From Sulfuracidifex metallicus DSM 6482 = JCM 9184 (GTDB lineage: Archaea > Thermoproteota > Thermoprotei_A > Sulfolobales > Sulfolobaceae), in assembly GCA_032834875.1 (NCBI GenBank), contig CP135238.1, positions 44,011 to 68,010 on the forward strand: DNA of 24,000 nucleotides, in the 5' to 3' direction. Shown piece after piece: positions 14,418 to 23,761 of this stretch; the stretch's first letter is position 1, and each line of letters begins with the position of its first letter. The notes below the pieces were generated by a model that saw only the letters and a program-made list of their open reading frames with translations, was not told the origin of the DNA and ran no database searches. Made by a program: the position numbers and the translations under genes.

Positions 14418-15692
14418 ATGATAAGAACTGAACCAGTTAGAGGAATGAAGGATTACGTTGGTATTGAGGCTAAGGAGATACGATTTTTAGAAGACGTTTT
14501 TAGAAAAACGGTAGAGCTTTCAAATTATATTGAGGTAATATCTCCAATAATAGAAGAGTTTTCGCTTTTTGCAATGAAGGGTGGAGAAGAACTTAGAAGA
14601 ACAATGTATACCTTTAAAGATAAGGCAGAAAGGGAACTCTCTTTGAGACCAGAAATAACTCCTTCTATTGCTAGAGTTTTTCTAGACAAGCTTCAACCCT
14701 TACCTAGGCCAATTAAGTTATATTATATTGGAACAGTCTACAGGTACGATGAACCTCAAAACGGAAGATATAGAGAGTTTAGACAAGCTGGAGTAGAGGT
14801 TCTTGGTGCAGAAGGACCTTTGGTTGACACCTTAGTAATTAATGATCTATATACATTTTTCAATAAGATAGGAATGGGAAATATAATTACAATTAAATTA
14901 AATAATATATCAATTATAAGAAGAATATTAGAGGATATGGGAATTAATGAGGGAGAACAAGAACATATTTTACATTTAATTGACAAAGGCCTTTTTGACG
15001 ATGCGGTTCAAGAAATAGACAGACTAGCTACGTCTGATAAGAAAAACATGGAGACAATGTTCGAAATAATAAAAGCTGGTACTATATCAGAGGTTAAGCT
15101 AAAAGATTACATTTCGTATTATAAAAATCTTTCACAACAATTTATTTATCTTAAACAAGTTTACGAAATGTCCAAGAACTTAGGCATTCCTGTAAAGTTA
15201 GATATGAGTTTAGTTAGAGGATTGGCTTATTACACTGGAATAATTTTTGAGGTAAAAACTGAAAACGTTCAGTTTAGCATTGCTGGAGGAGGAAGATATG
15301 ATAGATTAATAGAAATATATGGTGGTCCTCATACACCTGCTGTAGGTTTCGCGGTTGGAATAGAGAGAACTTTAATAGCTGGGAAAGGGTATATAAAAAT
15401 TTCGCAACTTCCTAAAATAATAATTTTTAATTTAACTTCGTCCTGCTTAATGTTTTCTATCTCCCTTGCTGGAAAATTAAGAGAAAATGGCTACATAACT
15501 GAGATAGATACAAAAGGTGGATCTCTAGGTAAAGCAATTCCCTCCTATATTTCACAAGGTTTTAGACTAATGATAATTATTGGAGAAAAAGAGGTTAGAG
15601 AGGGAAACGTAACGGTAAAGGATTTAGACAAAAAGACTCAAGTCACAGTTGCTGTAGATAAGTTATTGGATCTGTTAAAACAAATGTTATAA
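14418..15692 (+). CDS. hisS: histidyl-tRNA synthetase
   Basis: Class II aaRS motifs are present: RGMKDY, YRYDEPQNGRYREFRQ (motif 2) and GGGRYD (motif 3). A C-terminal anticodon-binding domain is also present. Confidence 0.95.
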   Translation: MIRTEPVRGMKDYVGIEAKEIRFLEDVFRKTVELSNYIEVISPIIEEFSLFAMKGGEELRRTMYTFKDKAERELSLRPEITPSIARVFLDKLQPLPRPIKLYYIGTVYRYDEPQNGRYREFRQAGVEVLGAEGPLVDTLVINDLYTFFNKIGMGNIITIKLNNISIIRRILEDMGINEGEQEHILHLIDKGLFDDAVQEIDRLATSDKKNMETMFEIIKAGTISEVKLKDYISYYKNLSQQFIYLKQVYEMSKNLGIPVKLDMSLVRGLAYYTGIIFEVKTENVQFSIAGGGRYDRLIEIYGGPHTPAVGFAVGIERTLIAGKGYIKISQLPKIIIFNLTSSCLMFSISLAGKLRENGYITEIDTKGGSLGKAIPSYISQGFRLMIIIGEKEVREGNVTVKDLDKKTQVTVAVDKLLDLLKQML

Positions 15693-15727
15693 GAGTCTAC
15701 GCTTAAGTAATTCTGAGAGGGTTTTAA

Positions 15728-16315
15728 ATGGAAGAATTACCTTCAACTGCAATAGGACTTAAGACGTCTGATGGTATCATACTAGGTTCAGAAAGGAGAT
15801 TAAGTTACGGAGGTTATGTGTTAAGTCGAGAAGCTAAAAAAATAGCAAAAATAGGAGAGTTTGGAATAGCAGGAGCAGGAATATATGGAGACCTTCAATC
15901 TCTAACTAGGATAATGAACGTTGAAATAAAGTACTATGAACTATCTAACAATCGAAAAATTTCAGTTAAAGCTGCAGCAAAGTTACTGTCTACTTTGTTA
16001 TATCAATATAAAATGATGCCTTTTATATCTGAAATAATTTTCGGAGGAATAGATGAAAATGGACCTCAGCTCTTCATTATGGACCCAGTAGGCAGCCTAA
16101 TAGAGGACGACTATGCTGCAGTAGGTTCAGGAGCTAGAACAGCAATAGGAGTTTTAGAGTCAAGCTATTCTAAAAACATTAGCATTGATCAAGGGATAGA
16201 ATTAGCGGAAAAGGCAATCAGAGCTTCTATAGAAAGGGATATAACTTCAGGAGACGGAATAGATATATTAGCTATTGACAAAAATGGTTTTAAAGAGAAA
16301 TTTTTAAATCAATAG
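15728..16315 (+). CDS. psmB: proteasome beta subunit (probably the non-catalytic paralogue)
   Basis: Ntn-hydrolase beta-subunit pattern ..[16 protein letters not shown]...GSGA... is present. An ungapped alignment to GTTTVGI-type subunits puts Ser at position 1 and Pro at position -1. Confidence 0.9.
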   Translation: MEELPSTAIGLKTSDGIILGSERRLSYGGYVLSREAKKIAKIGEFGIAGAGIYGDLQSLTRIMNVEIKYYELSNNRKISVKAAAKLLSTLLYQYKMMPFISEIIFGGIDENGPQLFIMDPVGSLIEDDYAAVGSGARTAIGVLESSYSKNISIDQGIELAEKAIRASIERDITSGDGIDILAIDKNGFKEKFLNQ

Positions 16316-16319
16316 CTAT

Positions 16320-16703
16320 CTATTTGGCTTTTTTAACGCAGAAGTATATATGATCCATAATATTTAAGTTTGTATCCTTTATTAAATTATTATCGTCTTT
16401 ATCAATGATTTTCACTAATAATCCAAAAATTGATATTATAGTAACTAATCCACTTTCATTCTTTTTCTGAGTAACTATATAGCCATGACCGCAGAAATCC
16501 TCTGGGCCAAATTCTGGTCTAATTTTGCTCAATACTACATTTACTTTTTCTTTTTCAGTAAAAGTATTAATATCATTTACTATATCAAATATTATTTCGC
16601 GTTTTTCACAATGCATTTCTACTAAAAGAATTCCTTTAAGTGTACCCTTATTTATTGATGTAATTTCACATTGCTCGTTAAGTCCATCAATGGTATTTAA
16701 CAA
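16320..16703 (-). CDS. rpo8: RNA polymerase subunit Rpo8 (RpoG)
   Basis: FCGHGYIVT, IISIFGLLVKII and LNIMDHIYFCVKK match the Sulfolobus Rpo8/RpoG sequence as I recall it. This is a from-memory comparison. Confidence 0.6.
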   Translation of the reverse strand: MLNTIDGLNEQCEITSINKGTLKGILLVEMHCEKREIIFDIVNDINTFTEKEKVNVVLSKIRPEFGPEDFCGHGYIVTQKKNESGLVTIISIFGLLVKIIDKDDNNLIKDTNLNIMDHIYFCVKKAK

Positions 16704-16760
16704 AGCGGATCATCTCACTTATATAAGTTGCCAACTATTAACGTTAGTGGGAGGTCTTTA

Positions 16761-17198
16761 ATGTCATCCAGAAGGATATTAGGTGAATTTAATTCAATTT
16801 TGGATAAAACTGTAACAGTAAGATTAACTGACTCGAGAACATATACTGGAACCTTCTATTCGTTTGAGCTGAACCCTTTTATCATAACGTTATTAAATGC
16901 AAAAGACTCAGATAAAAATGTCTACTATAAAGTTATAATAAATGGTAATTTAGTAGAGGAAATTCAATTGAAAAATGCACCTATATTCGATGTAAAGGAG
17001 TTTGGTCAAAAACTTGAGAAAGATCTTAATTTAAGGCCAGGAGATGTAAAAATTTATGATGACGTAGGAATTCTGACAGTAATGGACAAGATAAAGGTTA
17101 GTGAAATGGGAGTAGAAGGAACCGGACCTTTAGCACAAAGAGTTTATGAAATATATAACGAATATATGTCAAAACGCAAGAAGGAGAGTAATCAATGA
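16761..17198 (+). CDS. Sm-like archaeal protein with C-terminal extension (SmAP3-type)
   Basis: An N-terminal Sm fold is present (LDKTVTVRLTDSRTYTGTFYSFELNPFIITLLNAK), followed by an extra ~70-aa domain. ATG 16761 is preceded by GGGAGG and is preferred over the track's TTG at 16728. Confidence 0.6.
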   Translation: MSSRRILGEFNSILDKTVTVRLTDSRTYTGTFYSFELNPFIITLLNAKDSDKNVYYKVIINGNLVEEIQLKNAPIFDVKEFGQKLEKDLNLRPGDVKIYDDVGILTVMDKIKVSEMGVEGTGPLAQRVYEIYNEYMSKRKKESNQ

Positions 17199-18691
17199 TA
17201 GGAGATTTCGAAATAAGAGAAGAAGATTTAGCAGGAAGAATAGGTAAACTTGAAACCCGACATGGAACACTCGAAACTCCAACATTTTTCCCTGTAATTC
17301 ATCCAGTTAGACTTGATATAGGAATAGATATTTTAAAAAAGATAGGTTTTAATAATTTTATTACTAATGCATTTTTAATCTACAAAAATAGAAAGAATTT
17401 TAAAAAAATTCATGAAGAATTCAAATTTGATGGAACTATAATGACAGATAGTGGAGCATATCAAATTTTACAATATGGTAATGTAGATATAGATAATTTA
17501 ACTATAGTCGAGTTTGAAAAACAAATAAAGCCTGATATTGCAGTAATCTTAGATTTACCTACTGGAAATACCGAAGATAGAGCTGAGGCAGAAAAATCGG
17601 TGGAGGAAACCATCAAAAGAGTTGGAGAGGTATATAATGAAGTAGATGATGATATTATTTGGACCTATCCAATTCAAGGAGGAAGATACCTAGATCTAAT
17701 AAGGAAATCAACAATAGATTTCAATAAATTCAAAGACAAATTTAAATTTGCCGCGCTAGGTAGTCCAACTGTCCTTTTACAGGAATATGACTATAGATCT
17801 GTAGTCTCAATGCTAGTTGAAGTTAGAACTAATCTATCTAGAGGAGTTCCTCTCCACTTGTTTGGAGGAGGTGTTCCACACATGATACCCATAATGGTAG
17901 CTCTAGGAGTGGATTCATTCGACTCCGCTTCTTATATACTATATGCAAGAGATAACCGGTATATTACAAGAGATCGTGTTCTTAAGTTAGAAGAAATGGA
18001 TTATTTTCCATGTAGTTGCGATGTATGTGCAAAATACACTCCGAAGGAACTTTTAGAAATGGATTATGATGAAAGAATTAAATTGCTCGCAATTCATAAT
18101 CTTTATGCAATTAAATTAGAGGTAAATTCTACAAAGCAGGCAATAAAAGAGGGCAGACTTTTTGAGTATTTGCAAGAGAAATCTAGAAGTCATCCAGCTG
18201 TATATTCTGCTTTTAAAGAGGCTTTAAAATATAATGAACTTTTAGAAAAATTTGATAATGGTATAAAACCTACTGGGAAAGGAATTTTTCTATTTGACTA
18301 TGACTCAGTATTTAGACCAGAAATTAGAAGATTTGGAAAAATACTAAATAGGTATGAACCTAAGAGTAAAAACGCCGTTCTTATATGTTACGAGGGTCTC
18401 AGTAGACCTTTCCTAGAAGACGAACTAGTAAGAAAATACGTATCTATTTCATTAAGAGAGAATAAAGACGTTTTTATAGTGGTACCTTTCTTCGGATTAA
18501 TACCTATATATTGGTCTGATTCTTATCCATTAGCTCAATTCGAGTTATCTGAGCCAGTTGACGATTTGGTAAGGAAACATATGATTGACGTAATAAAGGA
18601 TTTTATTACAAAAAAGAACTATAGTAAAGTAGAAGTTGTTAATTGTAAAGATCTACATATAGAGTCTATCGGTACTCTTTCCTCGTCCTGA
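17195..18691 (+). CDS. tgtA: archaeosine tRNA-guanine transglycosylase (ArcTGT), PUA-less form
   Basis: FEIREEDLAGRIGKLETRHGTLETPTFFPV and TDSGAYQ match ArcTGT, as does the zinc site CSCDVC..H. The 498-aa protein ends without a recognisable PUA domain. Confidence 0.9.
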   Translation: MIGDFEIREEDLAGRIGKLETRHGTLETPTFFPVIHPVRLDIGIDILKKIGFNNFITNAFLIYKNRKNFKKIHEEFKFDGTIMTDSGAYQILQYGNVDIDNLTIVEFEKQIKPDIAVILDLPTGNTEDRAEAEKSVEETIKRVGEVYNEVDDDIIWTYPIQGGRYLDLIRKSTIDFNKFKDKFKFAALGSPTVLLQEYDYRSVVSMLVEVRTNLSRGVPLHLFGGGVPHMIPIMVALGVDSFDSASYILYARDNRYITRDRVLKLEEMDYFPCSCDVCAKYTPKELLEMDYDERIKLLAIHNLYAIKLEVNSTKQAIKEGRLFEYLQEKSRSHPAVYSAFKEALKYNELLEKFDNGIKPTGKGIFLFDYDSVFRPEIRRFGKILNRYEPKSKNAVLICYEGLSRPFLEDELVRKYVSISLRENKDVFIVVPFFGLIPIYWSDSYPLAQFELSEPVDDLVRKHMIDVIKDFITKKNYSKVEVVNCKDLHIESIGTLSSS

Positions 18692-19387
18692 CTCTTTCTG
18701 GAAGGCTTCTAATTGTCTTTTTATATCCTCTTCTATTTTCCTTGCTTCCTCATACAATTCATTTACATCCACATTAATACTATAGATTTGATTTATTGTC
18801 TCTATTGCTACAGCTGCTGCTGCAGGGTCTGTAATATCTCTCTCCGCATATGGTAGAAGTATTGTAGCGGGAAAATCTTCTATTTCAGAATACGCTGTAT
18901 AAAGAGCTAAAGGTCCTACCATCAATAGCTGCTTTTCTATCATAGGCGAATCCAACTCAACTTTACTAGTGGTAGTCTTTAACCATCTAAAGCTCTCTTG
19001 TCCTGTTCTATATCTTTTGTCAAGCCCACCGATGGCAATAGAATCCTTTACTCCAATTTCCTTCATCCATTTAATGGTAGTCTTTACAAAGTCAGCCCAT
19101 TCTCTTTGAGATGGAAGGAAATGATTTAACTGAACAATTATTTTATTCTTATCATCAAAGAATAATTCAAATGGAGTAGCTACTCCATATTCGTCCAGAA
19201 AAGCAACGTCTTTATATCTTGGGGTTGTCACAAATCCTATCCTCTTCATTCCTAACTTAAGTACGAGGTGTCTTGTTGCGAGATAACCTACTTCTCCAAT
19301 AGTTCTGAATCCAGTTATGAAAACGCTCTCCCTTAGGCTTCTTGGATCTACTTTTTTAAGTATAATTTTAGTCTTCATTTTTAACAC
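18653..19387 (-). CDS. PAC2-family proteasome assembly chaperone (PbaA/PbaB-like)
   Basis: The PAC2/DUF75-like N-terminus is present (VFITGFRTIGEVGYLATRHL). There is a coiled-coil tail and a C-terminal ...DRLYM*, which fits the HbYX (hydrophobic-Tyr-X) motif. Confidence 0.65.
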   Translation of the reverse strand: MLKMKTKIILKKVDPRSLRESVFITGFRTIGEVGYLATRHLVLKLGMKRIGFVTTPRYKDVAFLDEYGVATPFELFFDDKNKIIVQLNHFLPSQREWADFVKTTIKWMKEIGVKDSIAIGGLDKRYRTGQESFRWLKTTTSKVELDSPMIEKQLLMVGPLALYTAYSEIEDFPATILLPYAERDITDPAAAAVAIETINQIYSINVDVNELYEEARKIEEDIKRQLEAFQKESGRGKSTDRLYM

Positions 19388-19877
19388 CTCTCTTCACGTT
19401 TACCGCCATTCCTCTTTTCATTAGATTCATTTCTAAGCCGGATACTTTAGCTCTACCTACACCTATTACCTTGTCTTCTTCATCTACTATTATAACTTCA
19501 TCGCCACTTCTTATTTCAGGATCTACATCTATTACATGTTTACAGAAAACATTTTGGCCGACTTTAACGTAATCTCTTACATTATTGTTTATTATTACTC
19601 TAAATTTTGGTTTTTTGAAATGTTCTACTAGAGGGGATGCACTAATTGTAGTCAACGAGAATAAAGTAGTTTGCGCCCTAAGGACTAAGAACAACTCATA
19701 CGAATTAGTTAGAATTTCCCTAATCTTTTGTGTATTTATTGAACGTCTAATAAAAAAATTATTTTTACTGAAGAGGACTTTTGACGCCTCATAGCCAAAT
19801 TGGTATTCCGCAATTCCACTTAGGTAATTAAGGTCAAACTTTGATGGTCTCTCGGGAGGTGTGAGAAATTCCTTCAT
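19368..19877 (-). CDS. pre-PUA + PUA domain protein (stand-alone ArcTGT C-terminal-like module)
   Basis: C-terminus [71 protein letters not shown] matches the PUA domain pattern of ArcTGT. The ATG overlaps the PAN stop (ATGA). Confidence 0.7.
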   Translation of the reverse strand: MKEFLTPPERPSKFDLNYLSGIAEYQFGYEASKVLFSKNNFFIRRSINTQKIREILTNSYELFLVLRAQTTLFSLTTISASPLVEHFKKPKFRVIINNNVRDYVKVGQNVFCKHVIDVDPEIRSGDEVIIVDEEDKVIGVGRAKVSGLEMNLMKRGMAVNVKRGVKNED

Positions 19878-21061
19878 ATAAATTTCTCTTTTCGTTCAAT
19901 CCCCTTGTTTATAGATTTTTTCTTCTGTATTTTATCAATAGCCTCTAACATGTCGTTCATTGTTACTACGTTTCTATCGTTTCTTATTGCGATGTATCCC
20001 GCTTCTACGCAAGAGTTTTTGATGTCTGCACCACTAAATCCTTCGGTCATATTAGCTAAGATTTCATTGTTAATATTCTCCTCAATTTTCATTTTTTGTG
20101 TATAAATTCTAAATATTTCTTTCCTTCCTTCAGTATTTGGTAAGGGTACTTCTACAAGTCTGTCAAATCTACCTGGCCTTAATAAAGCTGGGTCCAGTAT
20201 ATCTATTCTATTAGTCGCAGCTATTATCTTCACGTTATCTAAGGCTTTAAAACCATCAATCTCTGATAGAAGTTGCATCAAAGTACGTTGAATTTCCCTT
20301 TCGCCACTTGTGCCTAGCTCTATCCTTTTAGCACCTATAGCGTCAATTTCATCTATGAATACTATAGAGGGAGCTTTTTTCTTTGCCATCTCGAACACTT
20401 CCTTAACTATTCTAGCTCCTTCTCCAACGAATTTTTGAGCAAACTCAGAAGCTACTACATGAATAAACGTAGCATTGCTCTCGTTTGCAACTGCCTTGGC
20501 TAACATGGTCTTTCCAGTACCAGGGGGACCAAATAGCAGGACGCCTTTAGGAGGTTCTATTCCTATTTCTCTAAAGAGCTCAGGTTTCTTTAGCGGTAGC
20601 TCTACAACTTCTCTTAATTCCCTAATTTGTTCCTCAAGTCCTCCAATTTCCGCATAGGTTATATTAGGTCTGTCTATAATTTCCATAGATTTAACATAAG
20701 GATCATCTCTCTGCTTAAGGAGCTCTATTATGGTTGAGCCTCTTTGATTTAAAGCAACGCTCATTCCAGGCTTTATATCTGCAGTTTTTATATTATTTGA
20801 TATATTAACAAGAAGATTTGGGCCTGAAGAACTTCTAACCAAAACTCTATTATTATCCATTACATCAAGCACAGTAGCCTCTATCAAAGGAGGGCTAAGC
20901 AATTTTTCCATTTCTGCTTTATAGTAATTTAGTTCTTTTCTAAGGCTATCTATTTCAATTTGTAATGAGTTTATCTTCTCTTGAAGTAATCTATCTAAAG
21001 TGTCATCGCCTACATTATTATGGTTGCTTCTTTCTTTTATCACATCAATATATCCTGACAA
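19874..21061 (-). CDS. pan: proteasome-activating nucleotidase (PAN, AAA+ ATPase)
   Basis: An N-terminal coiled coil is present ([22 protein letters not shown]). Walker A is GPPGTGKT and Walker B is IVFIDEIDA, and the SRH region is present. The start is TTG (MSGYID..), consistent with Sulfolobus PAN beginning MSG. Confidence 0.95.
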   Translation of the reverse strand: MSGYIDVIKERSNHNNVGDDTLDRLLQEKINSLQIEIDSLRKELNYYKAEMEKLLSPPLIEATVLDVMDNNRVLVRSSSGPNLLVNISNNIKTADIKPGMSVALNQRGSTIIELLKQRDDPYVKSMEIIDRPNITYAEIGGLEEQIRELREVVELPLKKPELFREIGIEPPKGVLLFGPPGTGKTMLAKAVANESNATFIHVVASEFAQKFVGEGARIVKEVFEMAKKKAPSIVFIDEIDAIGAKRIELGTSGEREIQRTLMQLLSEIDGFKALDNVKIIAATNRIDILDPALLRPGRFDRLVEVPLPNTEGRKEIFRIYTQKMKIEENINNEILANMTEGFSGADIKNSCVEAGYIAIRNDRNVVTMNDMLEAIDKIQKKKSINKGIERKEKFI

Positions 21062-21134
21062 TTTTAACCAATAAAGATTATTGTCACGGTTAGCCTAAAA
21101 ACGTTTAATAGTAGGCTTTCCCATTACTTACTAT

Positions 21135-21644
21135 ATGGAAACCTCTGATAGGGAATACTGTGAGTTGTGTGGAGAACCCATTCACGGTAAAGGTACTACC
21201 GTCCTTTATGAAGGAAGTGTTATTACCGTTTGTTCCTCTTGTTACTCTAAGATCGCTAAATACTCAAAACCTGCTCCAAACCCAGCCCCAAGGCAGGAAA
21301 TACATAAACCTAAACAATTCGTTCCTGCAACTTCTTCAAAGCCAAAGTACAATCTAAGCGAAGATCTTGAAATAGCTGATGACTATTATAGGTTAATTAA
21401 GCAAGCCAGAGAGAGACTAAAAATGACACAGTTTCAATTAGCGCAGAAATTGAAAGTATCTGAAAATATAGTAAAACGATTTGAACTTGGAAAACTTAAA
21501 CCTACCCTAGATCAGGCAAAATCATTGGAAAAGATACTTGGAATTAAACTTATAGTTCCAATAGAAAGTAACGAAGGTGACAATGGAACAGATAACGAAC
21601 TTACATTAGGAGATATAGTGAGAATTAGAGAGGGGAGGAAGTGA
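21135..21644 (+). CDS. mbf1: archaeal multiprotein bridging factor 1 (aMBF1)
   Basis: An N-terminal zinc ribbon is present (CELCGEPI...CSSCYSK). The C-terminal Cro/C1-type HTH is MTQFQLAQKLKVSENIVKRFELGK. Confidence 0.8.
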   Translation: METSDREYCELCGEPIHGKGTTVLYEGSVITVCSSCYSKIAKYSKPAPNPAPRQEIHKPKQFVPATSSKPKYNLSEDLEIADDYYRLIKQARERLKMTQFQLAQKLKVSENIVKRFELGKLKPTLDQAKSLEKILGIKLIVPIESNEGDNGTDNELTLGDIVRIREGRK

Positions 21645-22708
21645 GGAAGGCAGTATTATTTGCAGATTTGGACTTTATAGATGAAGCGACGGATCTAGCA
21701 TTTGGAGCTGGTTTCGACGTAGTAGAAAAATATAAATTACCCAAACGTCCTAATCCAAAATATTTTATACAGCAAGATAAATTATTTTATATAAAGGATA
21801 GAAGCGAAATAGACGCAGTAATTATATTTGATTTATTAAAGCCAAGAAATTTTATTAATATAAAAAAAGAATTAATAAATAAGGAAATTTTAGATAAAAC
21901 TCTACTTTTATTAGAGATCTTTGCGTTACACGCAGGCTCGAAAGAGGCAAAGCTACAGATAGAGCTAGCTAGAATGAAATATGAAATACCAATTTTGAAA
22001 GAGTCCTATACCAAGGCTAAGATAACTGAACAACAAGGACCTTTAGGAGCAGGTACGTACGGCGTTGAGTCTATAATTAAATTATATAATAGAAGAATAG
22101 TAAAAATTACTAAAGATTTAGAATCCTTAAAAAAATTCAAAGAAACTATGATTCATACAAGTAGAAACGTAGGAATTCCTACTGTATCCATAGTTGGTTA
22201 TACTAATGCAGGGAAAACTACAATTTTCAATGTAATGACAGGTTTATCTCAAAAAGTAGACTCTACAATGTTTACTACCATGAGCCCTAAACGTTCTTCA
22301 ATATCTAAGGAAGGAAAAAAGGTAATGTTGGTAGACACGGTTGGATTTATACGTGCTATTCCACCACAGATTGTGGACGCTTTCTTTGTAACTTTATCTG
22401 AAGCAAAAAACTCCAATTTCTTAATGCTTGTATTAGATTCGAGCTTAGAAGACTCTATTATGCTAGAATATCTTAGATCGTCGATATTTACCTTAAGAGA
22501 AATTGGCATATCTGGTAAGCCGATGTTAATAGTTCTAAATAAAATCGATAAGATTAGAGAACAGGAAGTCAAATCTAAGATAGAAATTGTTGAAAACGTC
22601 TCAAAAGATCTATATTGCCCTATTATTGCAGTAGTTCCAGTGTCAGCACTAAAAGGTATGAATATAAGCTCACTGAGGGATGAGATATTCAAAATGGCCT
22701 TAGGCTAA
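21641..22708 (+). CDS. hflX: GTPase HflX
   Basis: An HflX N-terminal domain is followed by G1 GYTNAGKTT, G3 DTVGF and G4 NKID. The GTG start overlaps the mbf1 stop (GTGA). Confidence 0.9.
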   Translation: MRKAVLFADLDFIDEATDLAFGAGFDVVEKYKLPKRPNPKYFIQQDKLFYIKDRSEIDAVIIFDLLKPRNFINIKKELINKEILDKTLLLLEIFALHAGSKEAKLQIELARMKYEIPILKESYTKAKITEQQGPLGAGTYGVESIIKLYNRRIVKITKDLESLKKFKETMIHTSRNVGIPTVSIVGYTNAGKTTIFNVMTGLSQKVDSTMFTTMSPKRSSISKEGKKVMLVDTVGFIRAIPPQIVDAFFVTLSEAKNSNFLMLVLDSSLEDSIMLEYLRSSIFTLREIGISGKPMLIVLNKIDKIREQEVKSKIEIVENVSKDLYCPIIAVVPVSALKGMNISSLRDEIFKMALG

Positions 22709-23241
22709 AGGAAGCATATGTATTAAGACTTAGCCATAGACCATCAAGAGATAAAAGAGTTACCACGCATGTAGCGCTGGTGGCTAGAGCATTTGGAGCT
22801 AAAGGTGTATTCATTGAAGGAGAGGACACTCATTTGATTGATTCTATAAAAAAGGCTACTGAGGTTTGGGGAGGTTCTTCATATTTTAAGGTAGAAACTA
22901 TTTCTGATGGAAAGTCCTTAGTTTCTCAATGGAGGAATAAGGGTGGAATTACCATACATTTAACTATGTATGGTATTAATGTATGTGAAAAAATAAAGGA
23001 GCTAAGTAGCTTCGAGGTACCTTTATTAATTATTGTCGGTTCAGAAAAGGTTGACAGCTGGTATTATCATAACGTCGATTTTAATCTTGCAATAGGAAAT
23101 CAACCACATTCTGAAATAGCTGCATTGGCTATATTTTTAGATAGGTTATATAAAGGACTAGAGCTACATTATATATTTGAGGACTCTAAACTTAGAGTTA
23201 TACCTCAGGAGGCAGGTAAGAAGGTGGTAAAAAATGGTTAG
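22687..23241 (+). CDS. trm56: tRNA (cytidine56-2'-O)-methyltransferase Trm56; start codon unresolved
   Basis: [28 protein letters not shown]...WGG...HLTMYG...IIVGSEKV...[22 protein letters not shown] matches Pyrococcus Trm56 almost from residue 1. The conserved N-terminus (from 22717) has no in-frame ATG/GTG/TTG before GTG 22780. ATT 22687 is the only table-11 start in frame, so the 5' coordinate is tentative. Confidence 0.8.
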   Translation: MQNGLRLKEAYVLRLSHRPSRDKRVTTHVALVARAFGAKGVFIEGEDTHLIDSIKKATEVWGGSSYFKVETISDGKSLVSQWRNKGGITIHLTMYGINVCEKIKELSSFEVPLLIIVGSEKVDSWYYHNVDFNLAIGNQPHSEIAALAIFLDRLYKGLELHYIFEDSKLRVIPQEAGKKVVKNG

Positions 23242-23761
23242 CAGTGAAGAACTCTTTGTAAGCTTGGCTGAGAGCCTACTAGGAGAGGACGTAGTGTCAG
23301 TTTTAAAGTTATTGTTAGATGAAGGGGTCGAGATGACAGATGATGAAATAGCGAATAAACTTAACATGAAAGTTAATGATGTAAGAAAAAGGCTATATTC
23401 ACTTTCAGAACAGGGGTTTGTAGTATCTAGACGAACAAGAGAAAAAGAAAAAGGATGGTATATTTATTTCTGGAAACCAAATCTAGATCATATAAATGAA
23501 ATATTGATTGAAAGAAAAAGGCAAATACTTAACAAGCTTCAGAGTAGGCTAGAGTATGAAAGTAGCAATACGTTTTACATTTGCAGCAGAGATATGAATC
23601 GATATTCTTTTGAGGAAGCTTTCGAAAATGAATTTAAGTGTCCTAGATGTGGTACCCCATTAGAATATTATGATTCGGAGAAGGTTAAACAATTTCTTTC
23701 GGAAAAAATAAAGACCATACAAAACGAGATCGAAAAAGAGACCAAGAATGGGACGGTTTAA
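23234..23761 (+). CDS. tfe: transcription factor E alpha (TFE)
   Basis: The winged helix [30 protein letters not shown], then WYIYFWKPN and the zinc-ribbon region FYICSRD...FKCPRCG, closely match Sulfolobus TFE-alpha as I recall it. The start overlaps the trm56 stop. Confidence 0.9.
   Translation: MVSSEELFVSLAESLLGEDVVSVLKLLLDEGVEMTDDEIANKLNMKVNDVRKRLYSLSEQGFVVSRRTREKEKGWYIYFWKPNLDHINEILIERKRQILNKLQSRLEYESSNTFYICSRDMNRYSFEEAFENEFKCPRCGTPLEYYDSEKVKQFLSEKIKTIQNEIEKETKNGTV

Noticed and set aside
21075-21115. Inverted repeat AGCCTA..(15 nt)..TAGGCT in the pan/mbf1 divergent spacer, considered as a possible operator.
   Set aside because: It has only a 6-bp stem with a long loop in a 73-nt promoter region, which is within chance expectation. 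I noted it but cannot support it.
22249-22692. 147-aa minus-strand ORF inside hflX. Similar antisense ORFs occur at 19585..19794, 19905..20105, 20475..20657, 14756..14986, 8171..8359, 9327..9608, 4163..4449, 3826..4059, 3279..3482, 16525..16761, 21160..21357, 23164..23367, 23660..23848, 111..293 and 5401..5673.
   Set aside because: All lie antisense to, or out of frame within, CDS that carry clear family signatures. None has a motif or an independent start context.
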